From positions 41,168,001 through 41,232,000 of the forward strand of contig NC_090348.1 of NCBI RefSeq assembly GCF_035084215.1: DNA of 64,000 bases, written 5' to 3'. A program made the position numbers and the translations under genes. Below are positions 24,218-36,142 of this stretch, one piece after another (within the stretch, counting starts at the first letter, position 1; each line of letters starts with the position of its first letter). The notes below the pieces were generated by a model. That model did no database searches. It saw only the letters and a list, made by a program, of their open reading frames with translations, and was not told where the DNA came from. Source of the DNA: Heptranchias perlo (taxonomy: Eukaryota).

Positions 24218-24422
24218 TTTTCAAATATAACCTGGTGTTGTAAGATTCCTTACATTTGTCAACCCCAGTCCATCACCGGCATCTCCACATCATTATAAAC
24301 AGAGAAGACACTGTCAGTGATTGCTATTCTGAATTGTCAAAAATGCACCAACGTAGATGCTCATCTAATTTTTTATGAACACATAGCTGATTAACTTCTG
24401 ATGTAGAATATTTCATTATAAA

Positions 24423-24628
24423 CTGGAATGCACTGCCTGAAAGGGTGGTGGAAGCAGATTCAATAGTAACTTTCAAAAGGGAATCGGATAAATACATGAA
24501 AGGAGCAATTTGCAGGACTATGGGGAAAGGGCAGGGGACTGGGACTAATTAGATAGCACTTCCAAAGAGTCAGCACAGGCACGATGGGCCGAATGGCCTC
24601 CTTCCGTGCTGTAAGATTCTATGATTCG
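24423..24628 (+). mobile_element. CR1 3'-end fragment
   Basis: ctggaatgcactgcctgaaagggtggtggaagcagattc...ccgtgctgtaagattctatgattc. Confidence 0.88.
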
Positions 24629-25244
24629 AAGAGAATCTTGAAAACCAGGCTCGACTGTCCTCTACCGTGCTGTAACTTGTGTATAGTCTGGTGGTTACGG
24701 CAGATCAGTGGCTACAGACAGATTTCGAGCAATGTGTGCATTATTTCCTAGGCATGTAGAGGAAAATAATTCCAGGTATTGTCAAAGTGTGGCTAGTTTG
24801 CTTACATTTCCTGCAACTGCTCTCATTTCTGGACAAACCAATATTCCCGTTCACCGTAACACGCGCAATATAAAAAATGCAAATTAGCTGCCGGCATTTA
24901 CCTACAAAGCAACAGTGACGACATTTCAAAAATAATTAATTTGCTCTGAAGCGCTTTGGGATGTCCTGAGGTCATGAACGATGCTATGAAATTGCAACTT
25001 TGTTTTCTTTTTGCTCTTCATAAATTTGATTTGGGAAAACTATTTTTGCCAGTTTACCCAACTGTTCAAACAAACCACATCGACTATAAATGGCGAATGC
25101 TGCATTTTTAAAATATTTGAAGCCATGTTTAATTGAAAAAGAAAGATTTGTGTTTACAAGTCACTTTATGATATCTCTCGAATCTCTCAAAGCATTTAAC
25201 GTACAATTAATTACTTTGAAGTGCAGTGATTGTTGTCATATCAC

Positions 25245-26656
25245 GGTATCATAGTGGGTACAGCACAGGAGGAGGCCATTCGGCCCATCGTGCCTGTGCC
25301 GGCTCTTTGAAAGAGCTATCCAATTTGTCCCATTCCCCTGCTGTTTCCCCATAGCCCTGTGAAAAAATTTTCTTCAAGTATTTATCTAATTCCCTTTTGA
25401 AAGTTACTATTGAATCTGCTTCCACCGCCCTTTCAGGCTGCGCATTCCAGATCATTACAACTCGCTACGTAAAAAAGTATTTCCTCATGTTGCCTCTGAC
25501 TCTTTTGCCGATCACCTTAAATCTGTGTCCTCTGGTTACCGACCCTTCTGCCACTGGAAACAGTTTCTCCTTGTTTACTCTGTCAAAATTCAATGATTTT
25601 GAACACCTCTATTAAATCTCCCCTCAACCTTCTCTGTTCTAAGGAGAACAACCCCAGCTTCTCCAGTCTCTCCACATAACTGAAGTCCCTCATCCCTGAT
25701 ACCATTCTCATAAATCGCTTCTGACATCCTCCCTAAAGTGTGGTGTCCAGAATTGAACACAATACTCCAGCTGAGGCCTAACCAGATGTTTATAAAGGTC
25801 TAACATAACTTCCTTGCTTTTGTACTCTATGCCTCTATTAATAAAGCCCAGGAACCCATATGCTTTTTTAACAGCCTTCTCAACTTGTCCTGCCACCTTC
25901 AAAGATTTGTGTATGTGCACCCCCAGGTCTTTCTGTTCCTGCACCCCCTTTAAAATTGTATCATTTAGTTTATCAAAAGCAAAATAGTGCAGATGCTGGA
26001 AATCTGAAATAAAAACAGAAAATGCTGGAAAAGCTCAGCGAGTCAGGCAGCATCTGTGGAGAAAGAAACAGAATTAACTTTTCAGGTCAAAGACGAAAGG
26101 TCTTCGACCTGAAATTATAACTCTATTTCTTTCTCCACAGTTGCTACCTCACTTGCTGAGCTTTTCCACTATTTAGTTTATATTACCTCTCCTCATTCTT
26201 CCGACCAAAATGCATCACTTCACACTTCTCTGCGTTAAATTTAATCTGCCATGTGTCTGTCCATTTCACCAGTCTGTCTATGTCCTCCTGAAGTCTGTTA
26301 CTATCCTCCACATTGTTTACTACATTTCTGATTTCATGTCATCTTTGAAATGATACCCTCTATACCCAGTCCAGGTCATTAATATATATCAAAAAGAGCA
26401 GTGGTCATAATACTGACCCTGGGGAACACCACTGTGTACTTCCCTCCAGTCTGAAAAACCGTTCGCCACTACTCTCTGCTTTCTGTCCCCGAGCTAATTT
26501 TGTATCCACACTACCACTGTCCCTTTAATCCCATGGGTTTGAATTTTGCTAACAAGCCTGTTATGTGATACTTTATCAAATGCCTTTTGAAAGTCCATAT
26601 ACACAACATCAACTGCATTACCCTCATCAACCCTCTCCGTTACTTCATCAAAGAAC
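25245..26656 (-). mobile_element. 5'-truncated CR1 LINE, interrupted at 25974-26170
   Basis: FFDEVTERVDEGNAVDVVYMDFQKAFDKVSH; QEQKDLGVHIHKSLK...LEYCVQFW; WNAQPERAVEADS; 3' UTR gaggccattcggcccatc. Confidence 0.93.
25974..26170. mobile_element. Penelope-derived fold-back insertion (family 2) with 11-bp TSD
   Basis: Inverted arms about 26026-26088 / 26107-26168; direct repeat atttagtttat at 25963-25973 and 26171-26181; decayed HHR gacgaaaggtcttcgacctgaaa. Confidence 0.8.
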
Positions 26657-28504
26657 TTATATGTAGACAAATAAGAATAAAATAAAATATCAGCCAAGAT
26701 ATAAAAGGTACAGAAAATGATGGCATGGAAGAAGAAACAAAACATCACAAAATTAACAGGCGTATGTCGAAAGAGGAGGGGCAAATGGAAACCCTGAAAG
26801 TTTGCTCGTCTAAGACCTAGAGCTAGATGGTAAAGTCTGGTTTTATTGTTTTAATGACTTCTGTAATCACTGCACAAAGTGGCTTCATTCATTGTTTCTT
26901 TACTTCCAATAAATCCAAGGAAATATGGCCTCACACGCTCTAACTGGAAGGGGTTTGTTCAGTGCATAAGACACAGACATATATTCGTAGGAAAACAGGG
27001 AGATATTTGGAGGAAAGGGCTCACTGACCTCGTGTCAAAATGTACATCCTGTAACATTCCATGACGCGATGTCAAATGGGTCTAAATTAGCACTATTACT
27101 AATATTACAGTCAATGAAGTTAGGGACAAGTGTTTTTTTTAAAAAATATATTGAGCATTGGAACATTGGCATGTAATAACAAGAAGAGGCCATTACAGTC
27201 CATCTGGCTCGACCCAAAGTTGAAGAACACCCATACATTACTCTATTTCTCTTGCCCCTCAGTCACTTTCCTTGTCAGATATCAATGCCGTTCCCTCAGA
27301 ATCTGTTGACACTGTCTGCTTCCACTGCTGCCCCTCGTTTCCCCCCCACTAAATGTTTTCTACCATTTTCTCTCTTGGTAATCTATCCCCCAATTTTCAA
27401 TCCAGCTAACTTAGTCTTCTCTCCTCTTGAAAGAGCAGGCTGACATTCTGTTTCTAAAACGCCATCAGTGGCCCTGCAAACTACCTCCAGGAGATGCTGT
27501 GGACCTCAGAAATGTCGTCCCTCCAGTTTTCCTCCTCATGCCCATCTGCTTGGAAGGAGATGCCTGGCCTTTTCTCAGCACCTCTCCACTTGGTTGGGCT
27601 GAGATTGTCCATTCTTCATTCCAGGGCTCTGAGAGTTGCCAGCTATCACCAACACCCAAGTTCATGAATAGATCAGCCTTGAATCAAAAAGACAGCAACA
27701 TCACATGTAAATCACAGTTGATATTATGGGTTACAGACCACCAAGAATAACATATTCTAAAGAACTGACAATATTGGAAGCAACAATTTATTCAACAGAT
27801 TGTGCGATTATGGCCAGGGATTTCCTCAGAGCTGCTCCTGCTCCTGCTCCACCGCCATAACTTTGCCAGAAATGCAGGTGAAACCCCGCTAACCCACGTA
27901 AAGGTGGCTTCAGCCAGAATCCCAGCAAATTCACAGTGGTGGAGCTGGAGAAGCTCCGAGGATGTATCCCTCAGAGTGAATGATGTTACTTTCCATAAAT
28001 TCCTGTGCAATAAGTTAGCGCTTGCAAATTTATTGCAATCTAAAAATACTCATTCCTCTGAAAATTAATCCTAATTTGGTCAGAAAATTTCCATTTAAAT
28101 GTAAAAAGGTTGAAAATCAATGCAAGGAATTTTCCCACTGACTATAAATGTGGGTTGAGGAGGAGCTGACTCAAGCCAGTAGCCCAGATTTTATGACTGT
28201 AAATACCAGAGCGAAGACCATGTTTCAGCCAAGAATGGATGAGTATGTTGGGCCCAATGCCCTTTTCCTGTCCTTAAAGTTTCCTTCCTATGTTCCACTG
28301 CCAAAATGCTCATGTCGTATTTTCTGTTTTCATTATAGTGGAGAAATAGTGAGTTCAGATATCGAATCAGATATTTGTTGCAATATTGATAATGATAATG
28401 AACCAGAAATTAGCCACTTATACTCCCAAAGCAACTTGATGCCAGTGATGAGAAAATGGCCTACCTATTTTACACAGGCCGTAGACAGGGTAGAAAATGT
28501 TTAT

Positions 28505-29250
28505 ATTTTTATTTGTTCTCTGGATATCCTTGGAAAGATCCATTTATTGTCCATCCCTAGTTGCCCCAAGAAGGTAGTGGTGGGTCTTCTCATTGAACAC
28601 AGCCCCCCTTGTGGTGATGGTGCTCCCATAGTGGTATTAGGTTGGGAATTCCAGGATATTGGCCCAGTGATGATGAGGGAATGGCAATATATGTCCAAGT
28701 CAGGATGGTGTGTGGCCTAGAAGGGAACTTAGAGGTGACGGTGTTCCATAACATTGCTGCTCTTGTCTTTCCTGGTGGTAGAGGTCGCAGTGGGGGAAAG
28801 TGAGTTGATGCAGTGCATCCTATAGATCATATGTTCTGCAGACATAGTGCGCTGGTGGTGGCTGGAGTGGGTATTAATTCCAGTGGCAGGGGCACTGATC
28901 AAGCGAACTGCTTTGTCCTGGAAGGTGTTGAACTTCTTGAATGTTATTGCAGCTGCACCTGTCCAGGCAAGTGCCGAGTATTCCATCGCACTCGTGACTT
29001 GAGGCTTGTCAATGGTGAGGGGCTTTGAAGGGTCAGGAAGCGAGTTCACAGCACCTTCCCTGCTCTTGTACTCGCAGGGCTAAGCGTGTTAGGAGTGACT
29101 TCAACCACAGGAGAGTTTTTCCTTCGATCTCCATTGACCTCCGTTTGGTTATGATTTCTTGGTGCCATGCTCAGCTGAATGCTGCTTTGATTTCAAGGGC
29201 ACCTATCCTCACCTTTCCCCTGTATTCAGCTCTTGCATCCATGTATAGCT
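28505..29250 (-). mobile_element. CR1-group (Zenon-like) LINE fragment
   Basis: MEYSALAWTGAA...QDKAVRLI; the upstream part encodes ALEIKAAF..WHQ (RT motif) on the minus strand; 3' end catttattgtccatcccta. Confidence 0.8.
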
Positions 29251-29299
29251 AAGGGTTATCCTCTCCACTGATTCTTTTGAGTCTTGCCACGGGCAAGAC

Positions 29300-29677
29300 C
29301 ACCAACACTTCTTATAGACATTGCATAATCTTGCACGTATGCTCCATGTCCTGAGGTGCTTGCCAAACTATTTTATTTTACTCAATCTACTTCCCCTCTT
29401 TGCTCCCTCTGTCTCACGCTTAACTCCTTGCCTTCCTCAGGCAATCGACCAGTGTTTAAAATCCAAGCTTGCCATTACCAATCCATTTCTTCCTGATTTA
29501 TCCCATCGTCTCTCCTGTTCTTTTCATTCTTGTGGGCGCTCTGCAGTATGAAGCTTGGTCTTTACTTAGGTTTCAAAACCAAAGTGTACCCAACCTGTCC
29601 ACCTTCTGTGAAGCGCCTTGGGAAGTTTTTCTACGTTAAAGGTGTTATATAAATGCAAGCCGTTGTTGTTGTTGTTG
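29300..29677 (+). mobile_element. Old L2 3' fragment
   Basis: Tail gtgaagcgccttgggaagtttttctacgttaaaggtgttatataaatgcaagccgttgttgttg. Confidence 0.65.
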
Positions 29678-30177
29678 ATGTTTCGTATCTGGATAACTGT
29701 ATCCCTTTGTTCATTTATCCTCTCCCATCTCCCAGCCAGAATTCAGCAAACTATGTAGATTCATATGACTGAAATTTGAGATGCTAGCCATACTGGCCTC
29801 ACCCAGATGGAGCGTAACCAACAACAGTTGAACAAAACTATGTGAGAGAGGGTTTGGAATTAAATAACCAAGGTTGGCCCATCGGTCAGCCTTCACACTG
29901 TGCTTATTTCAAACCTATTCTAGTCTGTTCAGGACTGCCAGGAAATCTCCTGAGACAGCAGACTGCCAAACTGAAGGGGATTGTGAACCTGCAATAAGTG
30001 CCTGGGTTACCAGAAGCTTCAGCTCAAATCTTGTGGAGGTTACTGCCTCCTATCCCTCTACGTGCTGAGCTGTTACCAGCTATGCAGAGTTGTTTCTGAC
30101 AGTACACAATCAGCAGCATAGGAAAAGTACCCGACTCACACCTGACAAAAAAGGCAAATTGATCAAACACCTTTTCA

Positions 30178-30588
30178 AGTGTCAGCCTTGGCTCAGTGGT
30201 AGAACACTCGACTCTGAGTCAGAAGGTTGTGAGTTTAAGACCCACTCCAGAATCTTGAGCACATGATCTGGCCTGACACTTCAGTGCAGTGCTGAGGGAG
30301 TGTTAAACTGAGGCCCAGTCTGCTTTTTTATTCTCATAACAGATCCCACGGCACGGTTTAAAAAAGGTCAGAGGAGTTCTCCCATTGTTCTGGCCAACAT
30401 TTATCTCTTAATCAACACCACTAAAAACAGATTATCTGGTCATCTATCTCATTGCTGTTTGTGGGATCTTGCTGTGTACTGTTTGGCTAAATTATAACAA
30501 TGACTACACTTCAAAAGTAATTAATTGCCTGTGAAGCACTCTGGAATGCCCTGAGGACATGAATGGCACTATGCAGGTTCTTTCTTCT
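30178..30588 (+). mobile_element. Deu-domain SINE, full length
   Basis: A-box tggctcagtgg, B-box-like gagtttaagac, Deu core cattgctgtttgtgggatcttgctgtg, tail gtgaagcact...ctgaggac. Confidence 0.85.
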
Positions 30589-32134
30589 GCACAAAATATT
30601 CAACATTTATCTATGATAAATGTAAAAATTTGCATATAGTGCACATTTCCTGTAGCTGTCACACTTACTTCCTGTCACACTTTCCAGTATATCCCCTGAC
30701 TTACCCTGAACAACACCATGGAAGGTCTGTTACTAATATTAAAAAAATGATTTAAAGCCATTATTCACTTGGAATTCTTGGTGATATACATTAGTTACAT
30801 GCATCACCTTGAGGTGTACTGTGATGCATAAGTCCTTTACAAATCTATGATGAGCTTGTGCTGGAGTTGTGTTTGTGTTATGTACACGTCTGGTTTGGCA
30901 AAAAGTATTTTTTTTTAAAGAAAAGCCTTTGTGCTAAGTATACACCTAGAATTTGTGTCTTAAGCATTTAATTTTTATTGGAAATTAATGGCTGGAAAGA
31001 GCCTGTACCACAGGAGTTAATAGCTGTTATGATCTTCCTGGCTACTGGCAATGCCATCTCATTACAGATTGGGTTTGAAACTCATTGTGCAATTCCTCAG
31101 ACAGGCCGATCAGAATTGTATGCTGATACGAATCTCCTCAGGTTTTGCCTTCCAAAATCAATCAGTCGCCTGTAAATTTCTTTGTGTGAATTATGTCTTC
31201 TCCTCCTGTTAGGTTCGAGTTCATATATGTCTCCTGAAGCCATTTGTGCAAATAAATTAAATTGTTGCTTGTGTGAGAAAAAATTTATTGCCCTCTGCCA
31301 CCACCAGGGCTAATTTCAAGTTTGTTATTCTGCTTTGATAAATGCTTGTTATTACTTTGTCAGTAGTCCACATGACTGGTCTCTATGTGATTTAGCTGAG
31401 AGACTAAGCCAAGTTGATTTCGGTATTATTGAACTCATGTCAGATGAATTACTTGGATGAATTTGATTTTGACTTGATTAAATATTACCAATGTTTGCAG
31501 GCTCAACTTGTATTGGAAAATCATAACTGGATTTTCCCCCATTATCCTGCTTATTAATTATTTCATTCATTAGCTCTTTATGTTAATACGGTACCACCAG
31601 TTATTAACATTAACTGCAAAATGCAAACTAGGAGCAACTACATCACTAGTAGATTTACCACTGTAGTAAAGTTTGTGTTGCTGGTTTTGTTCACTTGAAA
31701 TATCAAAGTCACTCGTTAAATTCATTCAGATAACAGCATTGCTCCTTTGTGTGAAAGGTTATTTGTTCCATTGTATAGTTTTATATGATCAATGCAGACA
31801 GGCAAACTGATCCATATCGTCTGAGGTATGCATCATTGAATTTGTGACATCTCTTTTCTCTATTTCTGAATATTGATAAATTTGTCTCAAATTCTCTACA
31901 TCAAATTAATAGAAGTGTTGGTTTTGACATCTAAAGGGTTAAAAGCAGGATGAGAGCAACAATTCTCCTAAAATCTATTACTGAATCAGATTAAAAGTCT
32001 CAGGGTTAGACCTGTTTGAAGGATATGCTAGGACAAGCTGCTATTAAAGATTTGCAAGAAGATGAAACAAAGTAAGACTGAAATTTATGTAGTGCTTTAT
32101 CACATTTCTCAGATATGCCCCAGGCACTTCACAC

Positions 32135-32370
32135 AGAACCATAGAAGTTTACAGTACAGAAGGAGGCCATTTGGCCCATCGAGTCTGTACTGGCTTTTCC
32201 AGAGCAGCCTGAAACAAATTCAACTGGCCCTACTCTCTCCTCGTAACCTTGTATTTTCCTCTGCTTCAAATATTTATCAGTTTTTCCCTTAAAAGATGCA
32301 AAGGTCTCTGACTCAACTATTCTCTGTGACAAAACATCCCATGTTCGAACAACTCCCTGTGTGAAGGAAT
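32135..32370 (-). mobile_element. Old CR1 3'-end fragment
   Basis: agaaccatagaagtttacagtacagaaggaggccatttggcccatcgag; ORF VESETFASFKGKTDKYLK. Confidence 0.75.
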
Positions 32371-32786
32371 TTCGTCCGACATCAATGTCTTAGTGATTCC
32401 TTGTCAATGAGGTAACATCTGTTGTTATGCACACCATGGGAGATAGACTCGTGCAAGTGGCATATTAAAAATCCTGAGCGGTTTGCAACATTCCATTTCC
32501 CCTGTAAGGCTTTGTCAATGGGAAAACCCATTTTAAAAATATCATCATTTATCTGCAGTACCTATAATGCCAGTAGGTGGTGCTGTAATGGGGACTTTCA
32601 CTGTTATCAGTGTTGTTTATGAGCTAACATTACATGACAGGCTAACTCTGATATATGAGTATCTCTAATCTGCCTACAGTTGTAGGCTCAGCCCACTGGC
32701 TGGCATTGTGACATGAACTCTGACTTGTCCCCCTGTGCCGTTGAAGTTTTGTTTTGCTGGTTAGAAGGTACGTAAATCCACGCACA

Positions 32787-32860
32787 TAGGGTCACCAACC
32801 CTCCCAGATCACCTGGAATTGAGGACTGATCTCCCGGGCAACTTTTGCGAGCAACCCTTT
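32787..32860 (+). mobile_element. hAT-like non-autonomous element terminus
   Basis: tagggtcaccaaccctcccagatcacctggaattga...gagcaacc, homologous to 43552-43780. Confidence 0.45.
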
Positions 32861-33801
32861 TATTACATATTCATTTTGATCTTTTATTCAGTTTAATTTA
32901 AAGGCGGTGGTTGCTTTTAGTTTATGGTAACACAAAGACGGCAGGGGAATGAAAATAAAAGTTTTGGACAGCGAATGGACGAAGGAGAAATTATTTGGGG
33001 GCAGGTTTAGGTCAAATGAATTACCAAACAACCCTTTATAGTTCAGCAAAAGTCTCCCCACAAAACCTGGCTGTATAAGCCTTGTTATTAAATTGAAACT
33101 TAAAAGAACAATTCAGGTTGTTTGTATAATTTTTTTTTGAAAGACAGGTATGTAATTAAATTGAATCAATATTATTTCTTCCAAGAGCGTTTCTCACACT
33201 TAAATTTTTCAACATTTCTTTTTATAAGAGCTTTTTATTTAATGGTTTTCAAAACATGTTTTAGAGTGCGGAGGCAAAGAAAGCCATTCTTTTGTTTCCA
33301 AAAATGCTTAAAATCCAAGAGCAGCCATGGGGCATTTTCAATTTGGGCATTTAACCTAATTTCAGAATGAATGTTTCAGTTCTCAGAGCTTGTTTATTTG
33401 TTCAGCTAAAATCACAGCGATGCAAATGGGAAAGTTAAATATTTTTTTTAAAATCCAGAGTTGTGCTTCTTTGGTTATTTTTTATTGCAAGATTTGCCAG
33501 GATTGCTTGAGAGAGAGAGAGAGAGATCAGGCACAAATACCAACCTTTGCTGAAGAGTGACTGACTGTGTTTGGTGGATGTCAGTGGAATAGAAAAAAAA
33601 CAATGAATGGTGAAGGAGATGAATAATTTAAATCTCATCTTATGCTCTGCGTTTACCGAAATGATTAATATTTTCTGAAGTAACTGCGAAATGTCATAAA
33701 TGTTCACTTCATCAAGTAATTAATAAACATCAATCTGCAGCAAATACACAATGGACTTGGGTTCAGTGCACAGTTATTTGGTGCTTAAAGGTGAAGAAAT
33801 C

Positions 33802-33974
33802 GAGGGGGTCATTTTAACCTAACCCACCCGTCCTGATACTGACGGGATTGGAACTCCAGTTTTACACCCTATCCGTTGACTTCAATGGAGAGTAAAACCG
33901 GGCAAGGAGTAAAACCAACGTTGCACCCAATCCTGTCAGTTTCCTGATGAACCGGTTAGATTAAAATTGCCCTC
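33802..33974. mobile_element. Palindromic MITE (PIF/Harbinger-type ends)
   Basis: Ends gagggggtcattttaacctaacc / ggttagattaaaattgccctc; internal arms ctgacgggattgg / ccaatcctgtcag; centre ttgacttcaatgg. Confidence 0.7.
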
Positions 33975-34077
33975 CTAATGCCCACAGAATGCTGTGGGGA
34001 TTTCAGGTTTACAATGTAAATATAGAACAATCTTGCCAGAATGTAGCAATTTATGTATAGTTACCATTTTTGCACCA

Positions 34078-34427
34078 AAAGAAAGAAAGACTTGCATTTA
34101 TATAGCACCTTTCATGACCTCAGGACATTCCACAGTGCTTTACAGCCAATTAAGTACTTTTGAAGTGTGGTCACTTTTATAATGTAGGAAATGTGACAGC
34201 CAATTTGCTCACAGCAAGGTCCCACAAACAGCAATGTGATAATGATCAGATGTTTGTTGAGGGATAAATATTGGCTGGGACACCAGAAGGAACTCCCCTG
34301 CTCTTCTTAGAATTATTGCCATGGGATCTCTTAAGCCCATCTGAGAGGGCAGATGGGGCCTCAGTTTAACATCTCATCCGAAAGATGGCATCTCTGACAG
34401 TGCAACATTCCCTCCAGTGCAGCACTG
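34078..34427 (-). mobile_element. Deu-domain SINE
   Basis: aaagaaagacttgcatttatatagcacc...cccacaaacagcaatgtgataatg...ctgagagggcagatggggcctc. Confidence 0.88.
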
Positions 34428-35849
34428 TTCCCGGCATCACCTCAATAGCTGGAAACAGGGAACACTACACTCATGGGAATGATGGTCACGGTGCATTGAA
34501 TCTGGCCCTTCAATATGTCTGCCACAGAGGAGTAAGGATGGAAAGCTTGGTGGACACTGATAAAAACAATCAGCTCTTCAACTCCTTCTACTAACAGTGC
34601 ATTGGTCCAGTTCTACTACCCTCAAAGTCCCAATTCAGTTCATATTTATCCCATGCAGAGGTTTGCTTTTAATCATTTCAATGGCCAATGCTGCCCAAAG
34701 TTGTGTAATGAGGACCTAATTTGACCTGTAGTCTGGCTAGAAGTCCCACCTGGTGGTGAGTTTTCTTGTGCTTTTTCTTTTGGTTGGAAGGTTCTGCTCA
34801 CTATTATCAATTGCCTTGAAGAACGGAGTCGATGGGAAGCGGCTGGTTGGCCTTTTAGCCTCTGCCATGTGACAGCATTAATGACAGATGCCATGAGGAG
34901 CTATTACTGTAACATGACCTTGACTTTAAGATTTGCTTTATTTGCTACTTGTGGCAAAATAGTGAATGCACACGTAAAGAATGTGTTTATTATGTTGCTG
35001 TAAACAGTGAAGAGATGAAATTTCTACCCCCCCCCCCACCCCGCCTTTTACTCCCATCAAACTTAAACCAATCACAACATTCTATCAGCGAATGGAGGGT
35101 CTGATTGGGAACATTGTTTAACAAACTAATCAGTGATGCAGCCTTTTTTGGCCACTTGCCTTCAGTCAGTTTGCATCATTTTATCCATCTGGGCAAAGCC
35201 CAATCTGGATAACAGTCCATAATGTTCCTGCTGACACATTAAGCTGGGGAGTTCCCAGCTTCCTGCAGCTTCAGGAAGTCTGTTGGTTGTGCTGCAACGT
35301 ACCCTGACCACAAAGACTGAAAGGGCCTTTCTTCTTCTTGAAGTTATTCCATGGTGCGACGTCCACAGTCGTGTGCTGGCACCTCCGTGGAAGTGCTGAT
35401 CCCTCCTCGTGGTCACCACATCTAGCTCTTCATGTACAGATGTCTTGCTGTGGGTGATGACAGTCTCTTGGCCTCAATCTTGTGCAAGCATACAATAGTG
35501 GGTTCTTTGCTGGTGTCTACAGTTCCAGCGGTTAAGCCACTTCAGGAAGTCTAGCATTATCCTTCTGTATTATAACAGTCAAATGTCAGTGAATTACTAT
35601 GACCTCTGTGGATGTTTTCTACACTCTGGACTTAAATTATTGGCATCTCTATAATTTTAAGATTATAAAAGAGCAATGTGTGTATGTAAGGAATTAATTA
35701 TACATAAATTAATATTTTAATTCTGAACTCATGACAACTTATTCATACGCAATCATTATTTTAGTCTATGCTTGACTTTCATTTCAAATGCTATGTATTC
35801 AAGGCTTTGTATTCTAACTGGGTTCATCCCTCACCCGCTAAGTTTTTCA

Positions 35850-36142
35850 AAATTCATTCTCAGGATGTGGGCATTCACTGCCCATCTCTAATTTCCCTTG
35901 AGAAGGTGGTGGTGAGCTGCCTTCTATTTGAACCTCTGCAGTCCGTGTGGTGAAGGTTCTCCCACAGTGCTGTTAGGTAGGGTGTTCCAGGATTTTGACC
36001 CAGTGACGGTGAAGGAACGGCCAATATATTTCCAAGTCAGAATGGTGCGTGACTTGAAGGGGAACGTGCAGATGGTGCTGTTTCCATGCATCAGTTGTCC
36101 TGGTCCTTCTAGGTGGTGGAGGTCGAGGATTTGGGAGATGCT
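35850..36142 (-). mobile_element. Zenon-like LINE 3' fragment
   Basis: TVTGSKSWNTLPNSTVGEPSPHGLQRFK; same family as 14789-15354. Confidence 0.85.

Larger units (their letters stand above)
24016..24290 (+). mobile_element. Penelope-like pseudo-LTR fold-back insertion (family 1) with 13-bp TSD
   Basis: Inverted arms 24015-24124 / 24160-24255; terminus cagtccatcaccggcatctccacat; direct repeat cattataaacaga at 24003-24015 and 24291-24303. Confidence 0.85.

Noticed and set aside
28148-28720. 190-aa plus-strand ORF
   Set aside because: The C-terminal part is antisense Zenon-like LINE and the rest has no recognisable motif
30178-30250. tRNA gene (A- and B-box-like motifs)
   Set aside because: It is the tRNA-derived head of a Deu-SINE, with no cloverleaf or terminator; the same applies to the other SINE heads
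35162-35565. Moderately GC-rich unique segment with an 85-aa minus-strand ORF
   Set aside because: Stops in all frames after the candidate acceptor and no recognisable domain; could be non-coding or an old TE
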